This document shows, one piece after another, positions 15,746 through 23,821 of a stretch of 32,000 bases of DNA. The stretch lies in NCBI RefSeq assembly GCF_001481685.1, contig NZ_CP006867.1, positions 900,001 to 932,000 of the forward strand, in the 5' to 3' direction. The first letter of the stretch is position 1, and the number at the start of each line of letters is the position of its first letter. This DNA comes from Ignicoccus islandicus DSM 13165 (GTDB lineage Archaea > Thermoproteota > Thermoprotei_A > Sulfolobales > Ignicoccaceae). Both the position numbers and the translations under genes were made by a program. Below the pieces are notes generated by a model, which was given only the letters and a program-made list of their open reading frames with translations, did no database searches and was not told the DNA's origin.

Positions 15746-15896
15746 ATTTAATACGATCATCGGCTCGTTTATCGCTTCGACCATTGCCTCTGCGTCTATT
15801 GTAGCACCAGTCCAAGGGATACCACTTAGGGTAGCTATCCCGTAAGCCTCCATGTACTTCTCCAGACGCAAAGCTCTAAGACCGGATGAAGGTTCA

Positions 15897-17903
15897 ATGA
15901 AATACTTAAAACCTTATGTTGCGAATGTCCCAACGAAATTGAACGCTTGCGAAGGGTTGAAGGTATTGGATTGTCCGGTTATGGGTATAGATTTGGAACC
16001 GGGCTCGCCGCCCGGGCTCAACGGCTCGTTCGCGGTAACGTTGGTAGATTGCAACGGCGAGGTAGTGCTCTCGAAGAGGTCCGTACCCCTCAGGAAACTG
16101 CTGAGGTACGCGTGGGAGTACAAACCTAAGGTCCTAGCATTGGATAACGTAATGGAATTAGGTTCAAATAAGTCCGAGCTCTATAAGGTACTTAATTTGC
16201 TCCCAGTAGAGACGGAGGTAGTTCAGGTAACGAAGACGCAAGACGGAGGTTTCATCGATCTAAAGAAGCTCGCGGAAGCCATGAACTTCAACGTACCGCA
16301 GAGGAAGCTCGACCCTTCAGAGACGTCTTACCTCCTCGCCCTCTTAGCCATGAAGGGGCTTGGAGCGAAAGTTAGGTCCTTCGAGAACAAGACTAAGGTA
16401 ATTGTTACAAAGAAGAGAACTCCGAGGGCCGGAGGAAGCAGTATGAACAGGTTCCTAAGAGCGGTTAGAAATGCCGTTGAGGAGACCATAAGGGAAATAA
16501 GGGCGTCCTTAGAGGAAGCCGGTCTCGATTACGATTTGTTCGTAGACAAGAGCGATGGGGCCATAAAGAGAGCGGTTTTCACCGTTTACGCACCTAGGGA
16601 GAGAATTAGGGGAGTAGTGAAGCCCTTCGAAACGGACGCAGTAAGGGTTTCAGTTAAGCCCGTTTTATCGAGAGAGATAAACTTCGCCTTTTCCGAAGAG
16701 AAGTACTTGATCGTAGGTTACGATCCGGGTATAAAGAGCGGATTGGCTGTCTTGGACTTGAACGGCGAGCCGATACTAATCACTTCATCAAGCGAACTCG
16801 ATAGGGAGTACGTGATTTCGATACTTATGAGTTTGGGAACGCCAATTATGGTTGCTTCAGATACGAACCCCCCTCCCCATAGCGTAAAGAAGCTCGCCTC
16901 CAAGCTCAACGCAGTCTTGTTCGTACCTAGAACGAGCATGAGCGTGTCGGAGAAAGAGCAATTAGCTAAGGAGATCGAGAGGAAGTACGCCGTAAAGGTA
17001 GAGGACTCGCATCAGCGCGACGCCTTGGCCTCTGCATACAAGGCGTACCTATCCATAAAGGACAAACTTAATGAATTGGATTCATACTTAGACAAAATAG
17101 AACTAGAGGTGAACAAGGAGAAGGTTAAAGCACTAGTTGTAAAGGGAAGATCGTTGGCTGAAGTGCTCGAGGAAGAACTCCAAAAGCTCTTGGACGAAGG
17201 TAATCAATTGATCCAGGAGGTTCAAGAAAGGAAACAAACGCCCACCGAGGCTAAAGACGATTTGAAGACCAAGTTCTTGGAGGCCGAAGTAAGCTATTTG
17301 AGAAGTAAGTTAACCGAGCTCGACGAAGAGTTAAAGAGAAAGGAACTAGAATTGGACTTACTCAAGAAGAGCTCGAGCGACTACTACGAACTCCAACTTC
17401 GATCGCTTAAGGAGACTTTGAGTTCATTGAATAAGAGACTAGAAGAGTATAAATTGAGAACGAGCGAGCTCGAGGCGAAAATGGAAGCGGTTGAAAGAAG
17501 CTTAAAGAACTTGGAAGACGGCTTATTAACTGTAGGACTGAAGATAGGTAAGCTTAAGTTCAATACAGAACTTAAGGACTTAATGGAGATGGGAGTGGAA
17601 GATTATAAAGTATTGGAGGCAGACGAAATTGAGGACGTAAACGATGAGGTAATAGAATACATATTGAGTTCGGGAAAGATCTTAGTAGCTAGGAGCGTTA
17701 GTGAGAAAACGGAAATGGAATTGAGGAAGAGGGGGCTGCCAGTTCTCAAGGAGGAACCCGTTCTGAGCTTGAAGAAGGTCTCGCTCTACCCAAGCGACCT
17801 AACCGAGAAGTGGAGAGAAAAGATGGAGGAGTTATCGGAAGAAATGGACGAAGAGGACTTGGAGGAACTGATAATGAGTTATCGGAGCGCTAGGTGGTCC
17901 TAG
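15897..17903 (+). CDS. DUF460 / COG2433-family protein: RuvC/RNase H-fold putative nuclease with long coiled coil
   Basis: The ORF is open from 15852; ATG 15897 or ATG 15981 (MGIDLEPGSPPG) are likelier starts. LIVGYDPGIKSGLAVLDLNGEPI...VASDTNPPPHSVKKLA...HQRDALASAYKAY is the DUF460 core. About 160 aa of heptad-rich K/E/L sequence follows (approximately nt 17090-17560). Confidence 0.75.
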   Translation: MKYLKPYVANVPTKLNACEGLKVLDCPVMGIDLEPGSPPGLNGSFAVTLVDCNGEVVLSKRSVPLRKLLRYAWEYKPKVLALDNVMELGSNKSELYKVLNLLPVETEVVQVTKTQDGGFIDLKKLAEAMNFNVPQRKLDPSETSYLLALLAMKGLGAKVRSFENKTKVIVTKKRTPRAGGSSMNRFLRAVRNAVEETIREIRASLEEAGLDYDLFVDKSDGAIKRAVFTVYAPRERIRGVVKPFETDAVRVSVKPVLSREINFAFSEEKYLIVGYDPGIKSGLAVLDLNGEPILITSSSELDREYVISILMSLGTPIMVASDTNPPPHSVKKLASKLNAVLFVPRTSMSVSEKEQLAKEIERKYAVKVEDSHQRDALASAYKAYLSIKDKLNELDSYLDKIELEVNKEKVKALVVKGRSLAEVLEEELQKLLDEGNQLIQEVQERKQTPTEAKDDLKTKFLEAEVSYLRSKLTELDEELKRKELELDLLKKSSSDYYELQLRSLKETLSSLNKRLEEYKLRTSELEAKMEAVERSLKNLEDGLLTVGLKIGKLKFNTELKDLMEMGVEDYKVLEADEIEDVNDEVIEYILSSGKILVARSVSEKTEMELRKRGLPVLKEEPVLSLKKVSLYPSDLTEKWREKMEELSEEMDEEDLEELIMSYRSARWS

Positions 17904-17951
17904 GTATAAATTTCATATATTGTCTATACATTTCGACTTCCGGCGACGTTC

Positions 17952-18785
17952 ATGCTTCCAGATCTCGACGTTCGTCAAGCAGAAGTTAGGATAACTTCAT
18001 TTATTAGAGATCAGTTCGCGAAGGCTAACAAGGAAACGGCCGTCGTTGGAGTGAGCGGAGGAGTTGACTCAGCTACAGTCCTTGCCCTCACAGTTAAGGC
18101 CCTCGGTCCCGAGAGGGTTCACGCAATGATATTGCCTTCTTCAGCGACTCCCCCTAAGGACGTAGAAGACGCTAAGGAATTGGTTGCGAGCTTCGGGGTC
18201 AAGTCTTGGGAATTAATTGTAATAGACCCAATACTCGATTCTTTTGAGAGAACCTTAGGGAGAATGAGCAAGGTCGCGAAAGGTAACACAATGGCCAGAA
18301 TAAGGATGGCTTCGCTATATGTGCGAGCCTACGAGCTTAAGGGACTAGTGGTTGGAACGGGCGATAAGAGCGAGTTGTTGCTAGGCTACTTCACCAAGTA
18401 CGGAGACGGAGGCGTAGACCTCCTTCCAATAGGGGACCTATACAAGACTTGGGTTAGGCAATTGGCCCTCCACTTAGGCGTACCTGAGGAAATAGCTATG
18501 AAACCCTCCTCGCCTAGGTTGTGGCCAGGCCACTTAGCCGAGGAGGAAATAGGATTAAGCTACAGGAAGGTTGATGAAATACTTTACTCCCTCGTAGACC
18601 TTGGAATGACGCCAGATGAAATACTAGAGAAGAAGGTAGCCAGCCTAGAAGAACTAGAGAAAGTTATCGGTATGATGAAGACCAATATGCACAAGCTGTT
18701 ACCTCCTCCTATACCGAAGGTGAGCAAGGTAACCGTCTACGAAGCGCTGGAAAGGTTGAGTAAGGTAGTTAACAATTTCCCTTAA
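17952..18785 (+). CDS. nadE: NH3-dependent NAD+ synthetase
   Basis: 277 aa. PP-loop VVGVSGGVDSATV, plus GTGDKSELLLGYFTKYGDGG. A TATA-like gtataaattt lies about 40 bp upstream. Confidence 0.9.
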   Translation: MLPDLDVRQAEVRITSFIRDQFAKANKETAVVGVSGGVDSATVLALTVKALGPERVHAMILPSSATPPKDVEDAKELVASFGVKSWELIVIDPILDSFERTLGRMSKVAKGNTMARIRMASLYVRAYELKGLVVGTGDKSELLLGYFTKYGDGGVDLLPIGDLYKTWVRQLALHLGVPEEIAMKPSSPRLWPGHLAEEEIGLSYRKVDEILYSLVDLGMTPDEILEKKVASLEELEKVIGMMKTNMHKLLPPPIPKVSKVTVYEALERLSKVVNNFP

Positions 18786-18790
18786 ACGAG

Positions 18791-18878
18791 TGGCGCCGGG
18801 GGCGGGATTCGAACCCGCGCGGGGAGAACCCCCAGTGGGTCTCAAGCCCACCCCCTTAGGCCGCTCGGGCACCCCGGC
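18791..18878 (-). tRNA. tRNA-Ser (anticodon UGA), class II with long variable arm, CCA encoded
   Basis: Reverse complement: GCCGGGG-TG-CCCGAGCGGCCTAAGGGG-G-GTGGG-CTTGAGA-CCCAC-TGGGGGTTCTCCCCGC-GCGGG-TTCGAAT-CCCGC-CCCCGGC-G-CCA. It has a 7-bp acceptor stem, a 5-bp anticodon stem with loop CT-TGA-GA, a GC-rich variable stem-loop, and a T-arm with TTCGAAT. A TATA-like cttttta lies about 26-34 bp upstream. Confidence 0.93.
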
Positions 18879-18916
18879 ACCAATGAGAGCCCATTTGAAT
18901 CTCTAAAAAGTTTACC

Positions 18917-20311
18917 TCAAGCGTTCCTAAGCCCGTATACCTCTCTCATGAGCTGCGCTACTTCAGTTCTCTTCTTCAAATACCATTCGTTGCCTATATC
19001 GGGTCTCCAGACGCTCTTCCAATTAAGGAACTTAACTCCGGCCGCGCACTGATTAGCTATTTCGGCCGCCTTCGTAATTTCCTCTGCTTCGGCGTATACT
19101 TCGACTGCCCTAGAACCAGTGGTAATCAACTTACCGTCCTTCACGTCCACTGCTCCATAATATATCTTGGAGCCTTTACATTCGCCAACTATAACTTCCT
19201 TATCTTTGGCCAAGTCCCTTCTCTCGGGGTAACCCATGGGAGCTACGCACTTCACTACGCTAGCGACCTCCCTAGCGCTTAAATTGGCCTTCAAGTTACC
19301 TTGAGCTGCCGAGAACATGGCCTCCAAGACGTTTCCATCGGTAACGTTCATAACGTTGACAGCTTCTGGGTCACCTAACCTTGAGTAGAACTCTATTACC
19401 ACAGGGCCCTTAGACGTTAACATCATTTGCGCCGAAATCGCGCCTACGTACTTCTCTCCAGTTTCCTTGGCTATTGCCGAAACCACTTGTTCCAATACCT
19501 CTACAGCGAAGTTATACTCCTCTTCGGTTATGAAAGGTAAGAGCTTGCCTGGTCCTTGAACCGTTCCCATACCTCCCGTCTCGGGCCCTATATCGAATTC
19601 GAATAAGTGAGGGTTATCTTGAACAGCGGGTAACGGAACTACCTTCTCACCATCAGTAAAGGCTTGAACGGTGTACTCAACCCCATCGACCCTTTCTTCG
19701 ATTAGCAACTTCTCTTGTATGTCGGTATACTTCGCCATGACTTCTTCAAGTATCCTCTTAGCGTGTATTTCCTTCACTCTCTTTTTCTCTTCCGAGAGGT
19801 AAGCTTGCATGTCGGAAATTACCTTAACTCCCTTACCCCCGGCCTGTCTCGCTGGTTTTATTGCAACGTTACCGGCCCTCTCCAAGAACTCGAGCGCCTC
19901 GCTCCAGCTCTCGAAATACCAGAACTCCAAGTTGCCCTTTATTCCGTATTTCTTCATTAAGCTCCTAGCAAATACCTTACTCTTCTCTATCTCCGCGGCC
20001 TTCGAGGTCGCTCCGAAGACCGTGAACCCGTTCCCTTTCAGCTTATCTACGACGCCTCTGAATTGGGGTTCCTCAGGTCCTATTACTATTAAATCGGGTT
20101 TCAGTTTCCTCGCGGCCTCTAGTACTTGCTCGGGATCGGTAGGGGAGCCTTTGAAGTACTCTCCACCGCTATCCTTAGTAAGCGCTAGCAAGCCCGGGTT
20201 CAAATTGCTAGAAATAAAGGAAAGGGACGCGCCTTCTCTAACGAGCCTTTCCCCTATAGCGTGTTCCCTCGAACCTCCTCCTACGAGTAGGACCTTCTCT
20301 CCGCCACTCAC
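18917..20311 (-). CDS. purD: Phosphoribosylamine-glycine ligase (GAR synthetase)
   Basis: 464 aa. The N-terminus KVLLVGGGSREHAIG is the PurD hallmark. An ATP-grasp central region (VAIKPARQAGGKGV, LLIEERVDGVEYTVQAF) follows. GTG start. Confidence 0.9.
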   Translation of the reverse strand: MSGGEKVLLVGGGSREHAIGERLVREGASLSFISSNLNPGLLALTKDSGGEYFKGSPTDPEQVLEAARKLKPDLIVIGPEEPQFRGVVDKLKGNGFTVFGATSKAAEIEKSKVFARSLMKKYGIKGNLEFWYFESWSEALEFLERAGNVAIKPARQAGGKGVKVISDMQAYLSEEKKRVKEIHAKRILEEVMAKYTDIQEKLLIEERVDGVEYTVQAFTDGEKVVPLPAVQDNPHLFEFDIGPETGGMGTVQGPGKLLPFITEEEYNFAVEVLEQVVSAIAKETGEKYVGAISAQMMLTSKGPVVIEFYSRLGDPEAVNVMNVTDGNVLEAMFSAAQGNLKANLSAREVASVVKCVAPMGYPERRDLAKDKEVIVGECKGSKIYYGAVDVKDGKLITTGSRAVEVYAEAEEITKAAEIANQCAAGVKFLNWKSVWRPDIGNEWYLKKRTEVAQLMREVYGLRNA

Positions 20312-20335
20312 GCTTATATCTCCCGACCCATACTA

Positions 20336-20914
20336 ATGAGCGGACCTAAAGTAATCTTCCCGGGTGATAATGTCGTGCTTCTTCCCACTAGTATGAGGGA
20401 GAAATACCGAATAAAGTTCGAGAACAACACGTGTGAGGTCGATGGTAGGACCTTCAGTAGCGAGCACGTGGTATTGAGCTCACCCTTTAAGGTTAAAATA
20501 TCTATGAATGAAGAAACAGTTAAGATGGAAGCCGAGTACTCGAAGATGCCTAGAATAAGTAACTACGGAAACTACTTGTACATCTCTACGTCTCCCGATA
20601 GCAACGTGCCGACTTACGAGAGCTTCGAGGGAGTAGTTCAAGAGAGCGGCAAGGACCTACTCAAGGGCGAAGGCGAGCTCGGAATTAGGGCCTCCTGGAA
20701 CAAACACTACGTTCGATTGGAGATATTCGATAGAAACGAGGGATCCATGGTTAGGGTGTTCGGTAGCGAACTAGAGCTAGAAGGCAACGCTATAGACTTA
20801 GTCAACTTGTTGGGAGGCAGGTTCCAGTCGTTCTTCGTCAAGACCTCTCCCAACAGCGTTACTGAAGTCAAAAAGGAAGGAGAGAAAGTAGTAGTAAAGG
20901 TTTCTAAGAAGTAA
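20336..20914 (+). CDS. Hypothetical protein (soluble, beta-rich, no recognisable motif)
   Basis: 192-aa ORF with hyperthermophile-like K/E/V composition. ATG lies 24 bp from the divergent purD start, and gcttatatc (TATA-like) is 13-22 bp upstream. Its 3' end overlaps the convergent ABC ATPase by 11 nt. Confidence 0.6.
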   Translation: MSGPKVIFPGDNVVLLPTSMREKYRIKFENNTCEVDGRTFSSEHVVLSSPFKVKISMNEETVKMEAEYSKMPRISNYGNYLYISTSPDSNVPTYESFEGVVQESGKDLLKGEGELGIRASWNKHYVRLEIFDRNEGSMVRVFGSELELEGNAIDLVNLLGGRFQSFFVKTSPNSVTEVKKEGEKVVVKVSKK

Positions 20915-21638
20915 GTTCTTCAATATTGAAGAACGGCTTTCGACCTCCTTCTTCCACGCTCTCTATCTTCCCATCCCTTACCCTAACTACCGCGTGTGCA
21001 TACAAGGTCTGCTCAGGATTATGGGTTACTATAACTACGGTCTTGTCCATTTCCACGTTCAAACTCAAGAGCATTTCCATTACTCCCTTGGCGGTCTTCG
21101 TATCTAAGTTACCGGTAGGTTCGTCAGCCAGTATGATCTCGGGATCGTTAGCGAGGGCCCTAGCTATTGCTACCCTCTGCTGCTCTCCTCCGCTCAGCTC
21201 CCTAGGCCTCTTATTGGCCTTCTCCCTCAATCCTACGAGCGTGAGCAGTCTCAATGCCCTCCTCTTCCTCACGCTCGATGGCACCCCCTTAGCTATCATT
21301 GGAAGCTCCACGTTCTCCAAAGCGCTTAACCTAGGTATCAGGAAGAAGTGTTGGAACACGAACCCTATTAGATCCCTTCTGAGCCGCGCCCTTTCCCTTT
21401 CCGAGAGTTGCGAAACGTCGCGACCAGCGATGAATACCTTGCCCTTCGTAGGGGTATCCAATGCCCCCATTAGGTGTAGTAACGTGCTCTTACCGGAACC
21501 GGAGGGGCCTAGTATAGTTAGGAAGCTCCCCTTGGGCACTTTCAGCGTAACGCCTCTCAGAGCAGGGTATTCAACCTTTCCAATGACGTAAACCTTCCAT
21601 ACGTTGTCCAAAGTTATTATTGGTTCGAAGTCACCCAA
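20904..21638 (-). CDS. ABC transporter ATP-binding protein, MacB/LolD/FtsE class (COG1136-like)
   Basis: 244 aa. Walker A GPSGSGKST, signature LSGGEQQRVAIARAL, Walker B IILADEPTGNLD and H-loop VTHN. The SERERARLRRDLIGFVFQ segment is typical of the MacB class. The start overlaps the moeA-like stop by 8 nt. Confidence 0.9.
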   Translation of the reverse strand: MGDFEPIITLDNVWKVYVIGKVEYPALRGVTLKVPKGSFLTILGPSGSGKSTLLHLMGALDTPTKGKVFIAGRDVSQLSERERARLRRDLIGFVFQHFFLIPRLSALENVELPMIAKGVPSSVRKRRALRLLTLVGLREKANKRPRELSGGEQQRVAIARALANDPEIILADEPTGNLDTKTAKGVMEMLLSLNVEMDKTVVIVTHNPEQTLYAHAVVRVRDGKIESVEEGGRKPFFNIEELTS

Positions 21639-23415
21639 AAGGTTCTACCTCGTAACCGGCCTCTTCAGCGCTCCTCAGTATCGCTTCCGCTAACTTGTCT
21701 TGACCCTCCTTCCAGCCTAGCTTAAGCTCCGCAACGCCAATTCTCTTGTAAGGTAACCCGTAAGCTTCGGCAGAAGCTCGGGTTGTGAAACCAAATTCTG
21801 CCATTCCCTCCTTTATTGCATAGCATATCGCTTGCGGGGTAGGGTAGCTTCCTACGTGAAGTAACTCCTTCCTAGCCCTTGCCGGCGTTAAGCCCTTGGA
21901 CTTCAAATACTCCAAATAGAATTGATAAAGGAAGGAATTCGAGTGGGGTACTGCTATTCTCTTTCCCTCGTTTCCAACCGTAACCACTTCGATCCTTATG
22001 GTCGCCTTACCGGAGGCCTTAGGCGAAAGCCACACTGCCTTCAATTCGGTCTTTGAGGCCAACTCTCCACCGAACGAACCTATCGGGAGGAACTTAACTG
22101 GCTCCTTAAAGCTCCTCAATGCCTCGTCTACGAAGACATCGACATCCCCTATGAAGGCATACGAATAGGAAGGATCTCCAAACAAGTAGACCTCTACTTC
22201 CTCTCCTACTTCAACCGGAGCTCTCCTAGTCTCTGGAATGACTATGTAACCATCGGACTTGGAGTAGCTTACCATAGCGTGATCGCTAATTGAAGACGGA
22301 AACGCCCAATATCCATTACCTTCGAGAAGCGTTACTGGTACGTGAGTCCTCCTACCTCTCGCGGGGGTGAAGGTCGAACCGCTAGTCGCTTTCACTTTCC
22401 TGGGCGAGGTACTCTTGGCCCTAACCATGAGCTTCAAGTAGGGTAACACTATCTTTTCTAAGTTGAAGTAAGCCGAGTCCGGATGACCCGCTAGGCCGAA
22501 GACGGGCTTTCCTTTCACAGCGCCGAGCATCACGGGTTTTCCGGGTTTGAAGGCTAAACCGTGAACTATCACTTCACCTAGCTCCCCTACGATCCTGTAC
22601 ACTAAGTCTTCCGGCCCAGCCGATGTGGAACCGCTGGTAACCACCACGTCTGCTATCTCGACTGCCTTTTCCAAAGCCCTCTTCATCTTTTCGTAGTCGT
22701 CCGGTATAACGCCTAGGGGGATGGGTTCGAACCCTTCCTCTTTGAGCCTAGTAGTTAGCGAATAGGTGTTCACGTCGTAAACTTTGCCGGGAGGTAACTC
22801 CTTACCCGGTTCCACGAGCTCGTTTCCCGTTGAAATGACCGCAACTTTTACTGTTCTGACCTTTACCTTTCCCCGACCGATCGATGCGAGTCCGGCGATT
22901 ACTCTCGAAGTAATCCTTTCGCCTTCAGTAAAGACGAGTTCGTTCGGGTACACGTCCGTTCCTGGCCATAGTACGTTCTCTCCCGGCACTACTGACCTGA
23001 AGACGAGTATCTCGTTTCCCTCTTCTTTCACGTATTCGATCGGAACTACTGCATCCGCTCCCGGTGGGAGCATGGAACCGGTATCTACTTCAACTGCCTC
23101 GCCTGGCGCTATTTCTATTCTGGCTTCCTCACCTACCTTAACCCTTCCCTTGACCTTTAGCCTAACTGGGTTGTCTTCGCTCGCCCCCCAAGTGCTAACG
23201 GAGTTTACTGCGTACCCGTCAACGCTCGTTCTAGGAAATGGGGGTATACTTAAGTTAGAAACAACGTCTTCCGCTAAGTACAGCCCCAACGAATCTAATA
23301 GGTCTACTTCGAACGGCTCCGGTGATTTCGGTGGGACCTTTTCTAGCAATTTGTTGAAGGCAACGTCTACGTTCTCTAACTTCTTAAAAACCTTCCTCTT
23401 CCTCTCAGTAGGCAT
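21631..23415 (-). CDS. moeA: Molybdopterin molybdenumtransferase MoeA fused to a C-terminal periplasmic-binding-protein-like (molybdate/tungstate-binding type) domain
   Basis: MoeA motifs RTSVDGYAV, VISTGNELV and TSGSTSAGPEDLV, then about 180 extra C-terminal residues with a PBP-like alternating pattern. ATG 23415 is preferred over the ORF-track start 23508 because tttaaaaata (minus strand, about 23447-23457) is a TATA-like box 30-40 bp upstream of it. Confidence 0.8.
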   Translation of the reverse strand: MPTERKRKVFKKLENVDVAFNKLLEKVPPKSPEPFEVDLLDSLGLYLAEDVVSNLSIPPFPRTSVDGYAVNSVSTWGASEDNPVRLKVKGRVKVGEEARIEIAPGEAVEVDTGSMLPPGADAVVPIEYVKEEGNEILVFRSVVPGENVLWPGTDVYPNELVFTEGERITSRVIAGLASIGRGKVKVRTVKVAVISTGNELVEPGKELPPGKVYDVNTYSLTTRLKEEGFEPIPLGVIPDDYEKMKRALEKAVEIADVVVTSGSTSAGPEDLVYRIVGELGEVIVHGLAFKPGKPVMLGAVKGKPVFGLAGHPDSAYFNLEKIVLPYLKLMVRAKSTSPRKVKATSGSTFTPARGRRTHVPVTLLEGNGYWAFPSSISDHAMVSYSKSDGYIVIPETRRAPVEVGEEVEVYLFGDPSYSYAFIGDVDVFVDEALRSFKEPVKFLPIGSFGGELASKTELKAVWLSPKASGKATIRIEVVTVGNEGKRIAVPHSNSFLYQFYLEYLKSKGLTPARARKELLHVGSYPTPQAICYAIKEGMAEFGFTTRASAEAYGLPYKRIGVAELKLGWKEGQDKLAEAILRSAEEAGYEVEPFG

Positions 23416-23498
23416 GCGCGAAGCGCCGAACTTTGGGAGCGCATAGCTATTTTTAAATCCGACAAGGGGTTTACTCTTTGTAGCGGGGTCGAGGAACC

Positions 23499-23774
23499 TT
23501 GAGTACACTTACCTTTTGTCCCAGATGCAAGAGCCTGATGATAGTTACTAAGAAGGACGGAAAGACTATACTTAAGTGTCCCAAGTGCGGATACGAAATA
23601 GAGCCTAAGAGCAAGGGCAGGATAGTAATGAACGTAGAAAAGGACAAGCACGTTCAAACCACTTCCAAAGTGGTCGAAGTAAAGGAGAGAGGCAAGGCAT
23701 TGACTGAAGAGGAAAAGGAGATGTTACAAGATTACTATAGAGACATCTTCTTAGAGAATTTCTCGGGAGAGTAA
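23499..23774 (+). CDS. TFS/RpoM (Rpb9/TFIIS-type) N-terminal zinc-ribbon protein lacking the C-terminal catalytic ribbon
   Basis: 91 aa. FCPRCKSLMIVTKKDGKTILKCPKCGYE closely matches the N-terminal Zn ribbon of archaeal TFS. There is no second CxxC...CxxC ribbon; the tail is acidic and helical (ALTEEEKEMLQDYYRDIFLENFSGE). TTG 23499 is the only start codon between the upstream in-frame stop (23481-23483) and the first Cys. Confidence 0.6.
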   Translation: MSTLTFCPRCKSLMIVTKKDGKTILKCPKCGYEIEPKSKGRIVMNVEKDKHVQTTSKVVEVKERGKALTEEEKEMLQDYYRDIFLENFSGE

Positions 23775-23821
23775 ACCTTATTTTAGCCCTGTTTCGATTC
23801 TCCCCATGAAGGTGGATTGTT

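Noticed and set aside
15207-15845. A 212-aa plus-strand ORF opposite pyrE. The same reasoning applies to 19809-20336 (opposite purD), 20926-21591 (opposite the ABC ATPase), 22784-23446 (opposite moeA), 4105-4446 and 4724-5014 (opposite the flavoprotein), 11440-11652 (opposite GGPP synthase) and 30751-31044 (opposite the permease).
   Set aside because: All are antisense shadows of genes with unambiguous catalytic motifs. Their translations are low-complexity and Ser/Pro/Leu-rich, without motifs.
15852-15896. The longest-ORF start of the DUF460 gene, overlapping the longest-ORF start of pyrE (15871).
   Set aside because: Homolog-like N-termini for both proteins begin well inside these ORFs. 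The overlapping extensions most likely represent the shared divergent promoter region rather than coding sequence.
18791-18878. tRNA-Ser as an integration target (att site) for a mobile element, which might explain nearby accessory-looking genes.
   Set aside because: I found no second copy of the tRNA 3' half (for example GGATTCGAACCCGC) elsewhere in the window. There is no integrase, and the flanking genes nadE and purD are housekeeping.
22723-22734. GGGTTCGAACCC, resembling a tRNA T-arm.
   Set aside because: It is a 12-bp palindrome inside the moeA reading frame. No acceptor, D or anticodon arms can be built around it.
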